Of a stretch of DNA of 64,000 nt, positions 30,527-41,338 are shown one piece after another. The notes below the pieces were generated by a model. The model had not been told where the DNA came from. It worked only from the letters and a program-made list of their open reading frames with translations, and ran no database searches. A program made the translations under genes and the position numbers. The DNA lies in assembly GCA_905478855.1 (NCBI GenBank), contig CAJQKF010000023.1, positions 110 to 64,109 on the forward strand, written 5' to 3'. This DNA is from an uncultured Gammaproteobacteria bacterium. GTDB lineage: Bacteria; Pseudomonadota; Gammaproteobacteria; Arenicellales; CAJQKF01. Each line of letters starts with the position of its first letter. The stretch's first letter is position 1.

Positions 30527-32072
30527 TATTACTAAGCACGTGATGTAGTCGCAGACCTAAAAGTATTAATGTTAAAACATAAGACAAAAATCCGGCCAAA
30601 ATGGTTATGCTTAGTGAGCCTATGCGTCTTAGTGCATTATACTCAAACCAAATTTCAATCTGCCCTACCGAATACCAGAGTACCACGGCCATAATCAAAC
30701 TCGCAACGCACACCGAAACAATAACTCTTCCAAGGCCACTCAGGATGTGTAATACCTTATCTTTACGTAAATAAAACCCCAGTAATCCTGCATTAACAAA
30801 TGCGGCAATCGATGTGGCTATCGCCAACCCTACGTGCTCAAACGTTGAAACCAGTGCAAGACTTAAAATGATATTAACACCGACTGAGGTTGCGCCTATT
30901 TTTACTGGTGTCAGCGTGTTTTGCCGGGCAAAGTAACCTGGGGCGAGAACTTTTACAAAAACAAACCCAAGCAGTCCAAAAGAGTAAGCAACCAAAGCAT
31001 TTGCCGACATATAAACATCGGTTTGGTTGAACTGACGGTAGAAAAACATAGTGATTAAAAGCGGCTTTGCGAGTACTGCAAGAGCAACGGCTGCTGGGAT
31101 GCAAACCACACAAACCCATTTTATAGCCGTATTTAGTGTTTGATTAAAGCCGATGGTGTCGTTATCGGTATACTGCCGTGAAAGTCCTGGGAGAATCGCC
31201 GTCGCCAGAGCAATGCCAAATACACCCAGTGGAAACTCCATGAGTCTATCTGAGTAGTACAGCCAGGAAACACTTCCCGTTACTAGAAACGAAGCAAGTA
31301 TTGTGTTCACCAGAATATTGATTTGTGCGATGGATGACCCAAACAATGCGGGAAGCATTAATTGAAATACTTTTGTTACGGATTTACGTGCTGCGGTGCT
31401 TTTCGAACGAAGCGCGGGCTTTGGTAGATAGCCTACCTGCAGAAGAAACGGTAACTGAAATAATAATTGAAAAAAACCCGCTAGAAAAACGCCGAACCCA
31501 AGCGCTATGGCCGCATTTTCAAACCACGGTACGAACCATAGAACGGCGGAAATTAGAAATAAATTTAGAAAAATGGGTGTAACAGCAGCAGCGGCGAAAC
31601 GACTACAGGTGTTCAGAATCCCCGCCGACATCGAAACTAACGATATACACAGCAAATAAGGGAACGTGAGGCGCACTGTATCAACTGTTATAGCGATTTT
31701 TCGTGGATCGTCAGACCAGCCATAGGCAAGAACTTGAACCACTTGTGGGGCGAATAGAACACCTAGTGCCGTCAATATCATGAGGATTAGCCCTAGACGT
31801 CCTGCCATTAGGCCGACAAATTGTTGTTGTTCTTTATGAGTCCCTATTTGCCGTATATCCGTAAATACAGGAATGAAAGCAACACTAAATGCCCCTTCCG
31901 CAAAAATTCTTCTTAGAAAGTTTGGTATTCGAAATGCAACTAGAAAAGCATCCGCTAAAATCCCCGCACCGAGGAATTGCGCGAAAATAATATCACGTAT
32001 CAATCCGGACACTCTTGAGACTAATGTCATGCCTCCAACGATCGAAGTTGACTTTAACAATTGTTTGGACAC
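30501..32072 (-). CDS. murJ: Lipid II flippase MurJ (MviN)
   Basis: 523 aa with about 14 TM helices. The N-terminus SIVGGMTLVSRVSGLIRDIIFAQFLGAG..ADAFLVAFRIPNFLRRIFAEGAFSVAFIPV is typical. Confidence 0.9.
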   Translation of the reverse strand: MSKQLLKSTSIVGGMTLVSRVSGLIRDIIFAQFLGAGILADAFLVAFRIPNFLRRIFAEGAFSVAFIPVFTDIRQIGTHKEQQQFVGLMAGRLGLILMILTALGVLFAPQVVQVLAYGWSDDPRKIAITVDTVRLTFPYLLCISLVSMSAGILNTCSRFAAAAVTPIFLNLFLISAVLWFVPWFENAAIALGFGVFLAGFFQLLFQLPFLLQVGYLPKPALRSKSTAARKSVTKVFQLMLPALFGSSIAQINILVNTILASFLVTGSVSWLYYSDRLMEFPLGVFGIALATAILPGLSRQYTDNDTIGFNQTLNTAIKWVCVVCIPAAVALAVLAKPLLITMFFYRQFNQTDVYMSANALVAYSFGLLGFVFVKVLAPGYFARQNTLTPVKIGATSVGVNIILSLALVSTFEHVGLAIATSIAAFVNAGLLGFYLRKDKVLHILSGLGRVIVSVCVASLIMAVVLWYSVGQIEIWFEYNALRRIGSLSITILAGFLSYVLTLILLGLRLHHVLSNNETVDKKH

Positions 32073-32164
32073 TAACTTTTTCTCGCTATTTAGTTGACTT
32101 TGTTTAGAATTTCTGTCAGATTCGCGCGCTTGTTATAGCACAGTCTAAGCCCCAGGAGTGAGCA

Positions 32165-32431
32165 TTGGCTAATTCACCACAAGCACGTAAGCGTGCCAAG
32201 CAAAATCAGATTCACCGTGAGCGAAACGTTTCACAGCGTTCAGCTATGCGGACCCAATTGAAAAGCTTTATCAAACTTGTGCAAGCAGGTGATAAGGAAG
32301 CGGCTACTGTAGTTTACCGTAGAACCACTTCTTTGTTAGATCGTGCAGCACGTAAAGGGGTAGAAAACCCCAATAAGGCAGCACGATTGAAGAGTCGACT
32401 CAACACGCGATTGAAAGCAATTGGCGCTTGA
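32165..32431 (+). CDS. rpsT: 30S ribosomal protein S20
   Basis: 88 aa with a TTG start preceded by AGGAG, beginning (M)ANSPQARKRAKQN. Confidence 0.95.
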   Translation: MANSPQARKRAKQNQIHRERNVSQRSAMRTQLKSFIKLVQAGDKEAATVVYRRTTSLLDRAARKGVENPNKAARLKSRLNTRLKAIGA

Positions 32432-32498
32432 GTAAGTAGTTAGTTTTTCAAAGAAGCCTGCATTTATGCGGGCTTTTTTGCGTTGGAAGTTATTGGGT

Positions 32499-34711
<2,213 letters not shown>

Positions 34712-34966
34712 CTAATTAACCACGCTCACAGTTCTTCGATTACGCGGGCCTTTAATTTCGAACTTAACGTTGCCTTCAATAAGGGCAAATAACGTGTAGT
34801 CTCGCCCCATGCCAACATTATCGCCTGGGTGAAATTGGCTGCCACGTTGACGGAGAATAATATTACCCGCAGTTACTAATTGACCGCCGTAACGTTTCAC
34901 ACCGAGTCGTTTCGACTCTGAATCGCGACCGTTACGTGAACTACCGCCTGCTTTCTTATGTGCCAT
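34712..34966 (-). CDS. rpmA: 50S ribosomal protein L27
   Basis: 84 aa, beginning [27 protein letters not shown] stop followed by the terminator. Confidence 0.97.
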   Translation of the reverse strand: MAHKKAGGSSRNGRDSESKRLGVKRYGGQLVTAGNIILRQRGSQFHPGDNVGMGRDYTLFALIEGNVKFEIKGPRNRRTVSVVN

Positions 34967-35004
34967 TTCTATAATTCCTATAGTTTGCTGCTCAAAAAAT
35001 CCGC

Positions 35005-35310
35005 TTAAATAGCAGTAATTTCGAGTTCAGTGTATTGCTGACGGTGACCTTGGGTACGACGGTATCCCTTACGACGTTTCATTTTGAAAACGCGAATTTT
35101 GTCGTGTTTCCCTTGCTCGAGAACAGTTGCAGTTACGCTCCGTCCTTCGATAACAGGGTTGCCGACTTGAACGTCGTCGCCGTCCGAGACCATTAGAACT
35201 TTATCCAATGATACCGAATCACCGGTTTCTGCTACGAGTTTTTCAACTTTTAGTTTATCGCCAAGAGCGACTTTGTACTGTTTGCCACCGGTTTCTACTA
35301 CCGCGAACAT
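35005..35310 (-). CDS. rplU: 50S ribosomal protein L21
   Basis: 101 aa, beginning [14 protein letters not shown]. Confidence 0.97.
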   Translation of the reverse strand: MFAVVETGGKQYKVALGDKLKVEKLVAETGDSVSLDKVLMVSDGDDVQVGNPVIEGRSVTATVLEQGKHDKIRVFKMKRRKGYRRTQGHRQQYTELEITAI

Positions 35311-35514
35311 GGATTCTCTCCGAAAATTGCTTCAAATGATTCTAAAAACTGCGCGATTTTAGTTATTTACATGCAGCAAGTCAACGAATATCTCTGAAAC
35401 GGGTGATAATCGTTAACTCTTCGCGAGTCACCTAATAATACTGCAATAAGCACTATAAAGTATTGTTTTGTGCGGTTATATTTAGCCCTTCTTAAATAGA
35501 CCCTGGATTTTAAA

Positions 35515-36537
35515 TTGTCATACGCAGCACCGGAATCTTATAGCGAAAGTAAAATTTCGATAAACGCTTCCAATCTCGATAATATTGTCTCCCTTATAAG
35601 CGATGAGATGCATGAAGTTGATGTGCAAATAAAACGCCGCCTCAGTTCGGATATTGTGCTTATCAATAGTTTATCCGCGTATATCATTAATAGTGGTGGT
35701 AAACGACTGCGCCCGGTAATGTTATTGCTTAGTGCTCGTGCATGCTCAGAACATCAGGGCAGTGAAGTCCTTTTAGCCGCTGTTATTGAGTTTATTCATA
35801 CTGCTACCCTACTTCATGATGATGTGGTAGACGCTTCAGAAATGCGCCGTGGTAATGCCACCGCAAACTCTGTTTGGGGAAGCGAAGCTAGTGTTCTGGT
35901 GGGGGATTTCCTTTACTCAAGAGCCTTCGAAATGATGGTAGAAACCAATCAGATGGATGTTATGCGCATCATGGCTGAAACTACCAATCGTATTGCGGAA
36001 GGAGAAGTACTGCAGTTATTAAATGCACATGAACCCAAAACAAATGAGCCGCAATATCTTGAGACTATTACTCGAAAGACTGCAAAATTGTTCGAATCTG
36101 CGGGACAGCTTGGTGCCATTGCAGCGGGTGCAGACATAGCAATTCAAGATGCTCTAGCAAACTACGGACTACATTTAGGCATCGCTTTCCAAATCGTCGA
36201 TGATTTACTGGATTTTTCGCAAACTACTGAATCCATGGGTAAAAATCAGGGAGATGATCTTTCTGAGGGAAAGCCGACATTACCGATGATACACGCTATG
36301 CAGCATGCGACAGCAGTTCAACGAGAGCTGATTGAGAACGCCATTCGTAATGGAGATCGTACAAAGTTTACTGATGTTGCCAAGATTATTGAATCTACCG
36401 GTTCGCTCGCGTACACCTCTAGCCGTGCTAGAGAAGAAGCTGAATTAGCAAAAAATGCGCTTAGTGCACTTCCTTTGTCTGAATACCGCCAGGCGTTAAG
36501 TGATCTAGCCGACTTTTCTGTTGCAAGAACCTACTAG
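35515..36537 (+). CDS. ispB: Octaprenyl-diphosphate synthase
   Basis: 340-aa ORF with a TTG start (exact start uncertain). Polyprenyl synthase DDxxD motifs LLHDDVVD and QIVDDLLD. Confidence 0.9.
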   Translation: MSYAAPESYSESKISINASNLDNIVSLISDEMHEVDVQIKRRLSSDIVLINSLSAYIINSGGKRLRPVMLLLSARACSEHQGSEVLLAAVIEFIHTATLLHDDVVDASEMRRGNATANSVWGSEASVLVGDFLYSRAFEMMVETNQMDVMRIMAETTNRIAEGEVLQLLNAHEPKTNEPQYLETITRKTAKLFESAGQLGAIAAGADIAIQDALANYGLHLGIAFQIVDDLLDFSQTTESMGKNQGDDLSEGKPTLPMIHAMQHATAVQRELIENAIRNGDRTKFTDVAKIIESTGSLAYTSSRAREEAELAKNALSALPLSEYRQALSDLADFSVARTY

Positions 36538-36690
36538 AGTTACACTAATAAGGCAGTGTTTCTGCTCTTTTAGAAAAGTAGTTTGGAAATTGTACCAACC
36601 AGAGTCTATCTCAATCGGGTAGCGCGAGATCTTTCCGACTAATAATTAAGTAACGTACATTTCTTTTATTGCGTAATTTCTGCAAGGCAG

Positions 36691-36723
36691 CGTAGATGAG
36701 CATTCAACGACTGTTCATCTACG
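36691..36723. other. Perfect 9-bp stem hairpin in the convergent ispB / WD40-gene spacer
   Basis: CGTAGATGA (36691-36699) pairs with TCATCTACG (36715-36723) across a 15-nt loop. There is no U-tract on either strand. Confidence 0.5.
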
Positions 36724-36747
36724 TGAGCGCAAACCTCGGTTGATGTT

Positions 36748-36795
36748 GTATCAGTGTCAGGGGCTCCCTTTAGGATTTGGCCCCTGACTTGATAC
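36748..36795. terminator. Long hairpin, possible bidirectional terminator between convergent genes
   Basis: Core GTCAGGGGC (36756-36764) pairs with GCCCCTGAC (36780-36788). The stem is extended by GTATCA / TGATAC after a small internal loop. U-tracts are weak. Confidence 0.5.
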
Positions 36796-36802
36796 TCAGA
36801 TG

Positions 36803-38803
36803 TTATTCGAAACCCAGTCGAAAATTAGCGTGACAACCAAAGGTTACCCAAAGTCCTTTGTTGGTTAACCCATAAGACACATCTTTTTCACACATTACGG
36901 TTGAATGTTGCTTTATAACTTCAACTGTTTTTGCGCCCGTGTAACCACACTCCCAATATAAAAATAACTTACTTTTGCACTTAGTTTCTTCATAGCGCGT
37001 AATAATCGGTGTTGTTGAAGAGGTTGGCGGTGCGTTGCTGCCACTCGATGATACCGCTGTACCGGCTTTTCTCCACTTGGTATTGTTGCCCCAACTAATG
37101 GTGTTACCACGCACCGTACCTTTGGTCGTTCCCCAGGTAATGATGTTTCCACGGATCTGTATGGTGGCAATGGTTTTTGAGTTTTCACGCACGGTAATTT
37201 TACTACCCGACTGACGCAGGTCATAGTTTTCGCCATTCGGCCCTTTCCACTTGCCGGTTACTTTACTACCGGAGGGTGGTGCATTATTGCCAGTTGGTGA
37301 GCCAGTTGTACCGGCTTTTTTCCACTTGGTACCGTTGCCCCAGCTAATAGTGTTACCACGCACTGTACCTTTGGTCGTTCCCCAGGTAATGATATTTCCG
37401 CGGATCTGTATGGTGGCAATGGTTTTTGAGTTTTCACGCACGGTAATTCTGCCCGACTGACGCAGACGCAGGTCATAGTTTTCGCCATTCGGCCCTTTCC
37501 ACTTGCCGTCTACTTTACTACCGGAGGGTGGTGCATTGCTGCCAGTTGATGAGCCCGTTGTACCGGTTTTTTTCCACTTGGTATTATTAGACCAGCTAAT
37601 GCTGCTGCCACGCACCGTTCCTTTAACAGTACCCCAGCTGATAATGTTGCCGGCAATGGTTACTGTACCCAAGGTCTTATTTCCTTGAATCACAGTTATG
37701 TTAGTTCCGCGTTGCTTTAACGTGAAATCTTCACCATTTGGTCCTTTCCATTTTCCGCTAACCTTTGTTGATTGCACAGGTGGAGGGCCACTACTCGATC
37801 CCGAAGTGCCACTATTCGTTCCAGTAACGTTATACACTCCAATCGCTTTGCCACTTGCAACCGCAATACGCTTACCGTTAGGCCCAAAGCTCACCTATTC
37901 CACAGGATCTTTAGTTCTTGCGAACGATAGCTGACGCCCCGTTCGAGAATCCCACAAACGTACGGAAGCATCCTTACTACCGCTTACAATATATCTTCCG
38001 TCTGGACTATAGGCAATATCGTTAACTGCATCGGAATGCCCTTTAAGATTCAAGGATTGCGCGCCACTTTTAGCATCCCATACAACTACATTTCCTGATG
38101 GATCACCTGTAACGAGTTGTCGACCATTGTGATTGAAATCAGCACTTAAAAATAATCCGCTGAATGTTGTCACAGCCTGCCTGGAACGGGCGTCAATATT
38201 CATCAAGGCGCCAGATTGGTCAGTACCGGTAAACTGTTTGCCGTCTGGACTATATGCTACCGGTGCGCCAATACTATATTCAGTGGTTACCACTGAGCCG
38301 TTTCGCACGTTCCATATCTGTAATGTTTTTTCGGCGTTTTTTCCATCCCAACACCCCGCAGCCACGTGCTTTCCATCCGGGCTAAAAGTCGTCGAATCGC
38401 AAAAATCCGGTACGGGTCTGCGCAGGGTCTTGCCAGCATTGCCCGATCTTACATCCCAAAGATTCACCGTGTTTCTGCGGTTATCATAATCCCGACTTCC
38501 ACTTACAAGGGTTCTACCATCGGGGCTTATGTCCAAATCCAAAATAAGATCACCGAAACCGGTGTGGTCGATTGTAGAAATTAATGAACCGTTGTTCGGA
38601 TCCCATTGCTTGATCGTATTTTCCCATCCGCCGCTAAACAGTCTGGAGCCATTGGGACTAAACACAACCGATGTAACGCCGGATCTATCGCCCTCAAACG
38701 TTGTTTTCTCGACCAACTTGGCAGCAGAAACACCAAGTGATATTGCAGAGCCTGCTAACAACGCAATGATCGATAAATTGCGCATTGAATTAAGTCGCTT
38801 CAT
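36803..38803 (-). pseudogene. Secreted WD40 beta-propeller + three 84-aa tandem repeats + DUF3011-like Cys domain, interrupted by one in-frame TAG
   Basis: ATG 38803 follows GAGGAA and opens with signal peptide MKRLNSMRNLSIIALLAGSAISLGVSA. WD40 repeats follow (SPDG....SGS.D..V.LWD). An in-frame TAG at 37895-37897 falls inside a WD repeat (...DPVE*VSFGPNGKRIAVASG...). The same frame continues for 363 codons to 36803. Confidence 0.7.
37016..37765 (-). repeat. Three tandem ~250-bp coding repeats (83-84 aa units)
   Basis: The unit is KV.GKWKGPNGE...L.Q.G.ITV.EN.KT.AT..I.GNII.WGT.KGTVRG..ISW.N.TKW+K.GT..S..G.NAPP.SS. Units 2 and 3 are near-identical at the DNA level and unit 1 has diverged. Unit 2 carries a 6-nt microduplication: GACGCA at 37459-37464 repeated at 37465-37470. 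Confidence 0.85.
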
Positions 38804-39210
38804 AGTTTCCTCTTTAATATAATTTGTGGCAGCAAAAAACGCTATTGAAGTCTGTTGGTCCTCTTTTAATTCGACTTGCTGAACTGACAATCACTAACCT
38901 TCGATGGCATATATAGTATCGGTAAAACCCACTTTCCCTTAATCCGATCCCCTGGTAACTACGGAGGTTCTGTCATAAGAGACATTAATAGCATAAACAT
39001 GTTACTGAGGCCGCACTATACATTGCTTAGCATGAACACGAGATGAACATACTTGAAATTAGCACATAAAAGTTGGAACTGGCAGTCGCTTCGACCAATT
39101 TGGTATAGAAAATTGGTAGAGCAGTCCCAGTATTGTGAAAAATACGATGCGTTTACGAAACCATATCACAACACGTATGGGTAAATTTTTCGATACCTCA
39201 ATTTCATTTG

Positions 39211-40155
39211 TTAGATACCACTTCGTAATGCGTTAAACATTTCTTTTGTGTTTTTTATTCGTTTGACTTTGTGAAATAGCGTTAGTGCTGGCGGATATGC
39301 GTTAAGTAGAAAAGCTAGCCACTGTTTTGATCTATTGCACACAAAATCGGGGTGCTTTTTTTCAGCGTCATATAAGTAACAAACGATAACATCTAAGAGC
39401 TCTGGCCAATCCATTTCCTGAAACTCGGATCCCGAGTGGCGCGCTTTGATGCATGCCGCTAGCTGAGGAGTGGTTAAAGCGCTGCGCCCCAGCATGATGT
39501 CTCTACAACCACTCTGCTCAAGTGCGCTATAGGCATTGTCTATTGACCAGATTTCGCCATTGATGATGATGGGAATCGAGAACTTTTCTGTGATTGCCTT
39601 CACAGTTGCCCAATATGCTGGAGGCTTATAACGATCTTCTCTTGTCCGAGCATGAATGCTAAGCTCGCTCACCCCCGCTTCAACAATTTTATCTACGATG
39701 CATTCTAAGGAGTCTGCATTACTAAAACCTAATCTAATTTTGGCGGTTACTGGAATACTGGGATCCACTGATTCTCTAACCGACGCAACAATATCTCCAA
39801 CGAGTTGGGGATCCAACAACAATCTAGATCCGCCGTTGTTTCTGGTTACCGTGTTAGAGGGACAGCCGAAGTTAATATCAATTCCGGGCGGTTCTAGCAC
39901 TTGGACTCGTGCCGCATTTAAACCCATAAATTTTGGACTACCGCCTAACAACTGCAAATAAACCGGTACTCCTGAATCGGTTACCCCGCCTCTTTCAAGC
40001 TCTGGTGAATAACGCAAGAAAACACGTTCGGGTAACAACTGATCATTCACACGAATAAATTCCGTTACACAACGGTCAAACCCTCCTAATTGTGTAAACA
40101 GGTTTCGCATTTCATAATCGATAACCCCTTCCATGGGCGCCAGAAATATTCGCAT
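39211..40155 (-). CDS. dusC: tRNA-dihydrouridine synthase C
   Basis: Collinear by eye with E. coli DusC: MRIFLAPMEGV.D...R......G.D.C.TEF.RV.DQLLP..VF, NFGCPS, INGEIWS. Start taken at ATG 40155; the ORF stays open to 40200. Confidence 0.85.
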   Translation of the reverse strand: MRIFLAPMEGVIDYEMRNLFTQLGGFDRCVTEFIRVNDQLLPERVFLRYSPELERGGVTDSGVPVYLQLLGGSPKFMGLNAARVQVLEPPGIDINFGCPSNTVTRNNGGSRLLLDPQLVGDIVASVRESVDPSIPVTAKIRLGFSNADSLECIVDKIVEAGVSELSIHARTREDRYKPPAYWATVKAITEKFSIPIIINGEIWSIDNAYSALEQSGCRDIMLGRSALTTPQLAACIKARHSGSEFQEMDWPELLDVIVCYLYDAEKKHPDFVCNRSKQWLAFLLNAYPPALTLFHKVKRIKNTKEMFNALRSGI

Positions 40156-40489
40156 TATCTTGGTGGCTTTTGAGCAGTAAACTATGAGTATGAAACCCAA
40201 TATTGTTGTTTAAAAAATATTTAATGTGTATTTACTGCGACCGCTACTTAAGTATTCTGCAAGGGTTCAGTATGCTTGGAATGGGCTCTACGTGTATCTG
40301 AGCGAATTGACGGGGCAATGAATTTCGACCAAAAATAATTATCAACTCAGGTATTTTGTTGATGCTTTTGGATTTTTAGGTAACAAGGCTATCTAATGGT
40401 GATGGTTGAATATGAGCTTTACGTTGTCGGGTGGATATATTTTCTTACTGTAAAAAAGACCGATGCAAAGTTGATTTTGGGGAATTTCT

Positions 40490-40566
40490 TGGTCGGGACG
40501 GAGTGATTCGAACACTCGACCTCCTGAACCCCATTCAGGTGCGCTACCAGGCTGCGCTACGCCCCG
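40490..40566 (-). tRNA. tRNA-Pro (anticodon GGG)
   Basis: The reverse complement folds as a cloverleaf: CGGGGCG-TA-GCGC-AGCCTGGTA-GCGC-A-CCTGA-ATGGGGT-TCAGG-AGGTC-GAGTG-TTCGAAT-CACTC-CGTCCCG-A-CCA. Confidence 0.9.
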
Positions 40567-40621
40567 TTTAAATTTTATGCTTTAAATTTTGAGGCCGTAT
40601 TATACCGCAGTTGCTATCAAC

Positions 40622-40981
40622 TTAACTCGAAAGTAGGCCGGATATTTCTTCTAATTCGACAATTAATTCTTTAATCGATGCATTAGTAACGCCGCTGTCG
40701 TCCGCAACATTATCACTTTCAAGTTGATTACGAGCGCCACTAATGGTGAATCCATCAATATACAAAAGAGTTCGTATCGTTCGAATTAATTGAACTTCGT
40801 GTCTTTGGTAATAGCGTCTATTGCCACGTCTCTTAACGGGTTTTAGTTGAGTAAATTCTTGTTCCCAATACCGTAACACATGCGGTTTTACACCACACAA
40901 CTCGCTTACTTCACCAATGGTAAAATAACGCTTTCCAGGTATGGGAGGTAACTCATTGCTGCTAGGATCTAACATTGTCAT
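40622..40981 (-). CDS. MerR-family transcriptional regulator
   Basis: 119 aa with [28 protein letters not shown]. 4-nt overlap with ihfA, the same arrangement as in pseudomonads. Confidence 0.8.
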   Translation of the reverse strand: MTMLDPSSNELPPIPGKRYFTIGEVSELCGVKPHVLRYWEQEFTQLKPVKRRGNRRYYQRHEVQLIRTIRTLLYIDGFTISGARNQLESDNVADDSGVTNASIKELIVELEEISGLLSS

Positions 40982-41316
40982 GCTGATGCCTCACTTCGAT
41001 TCGAAAGAGATCCAGATATTACATCAACATTTTCTGCGACATCATCTTTTAATTTTTGGCTTGCCTTGAAAGTGACGACACGCCTTGCCGACACGGCAAC
41101 TTCGACACCGGTCTTCGGATTACGTCCTGGTCGTTGGCTCTTATCACGGATACTAAATCCGCCAAAACCTGATAATTTCACCGACTGACCATCTTCTAAT
41201 GCCACTCTGATTTTTTCGAAAAACAATTCAATAAATTCTTTTGCTTCGCGCTTATTTAATCCTACTTCTTCATATAATGTAGCCGCAAGTTCGGCCTTGG
41301 TAATAGTTGTAGTCAT
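40978..41316 (-). CDS. ihfA: Integration host factor subunit alpha
   Basis: 112 aa with the pattern ...[48 protein letters not shown]. Confidence 0.92.
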   Translation of the reverse strand: MTTTITKAELAATLYEEVGLNKREAKEFIELFFEKIRVALEDGQSVKLSGFGGFSIRDKSQRPGRNPKTGVEVAVSARRVVTFKASQKLKDDVAENVDVISGSLSNRSEASA

Positions 41317-41338
41317 TATTGTTGCTACCTATATACGT

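Noticed and set aside
37016-37765. Tandem repeats as a diversity-generating retroelement template/variable pair
   Set aside because: Differences between units are mixed transitions and small indels, not adenine-specific. No reverse transcriptase or accessory gene is in the window.
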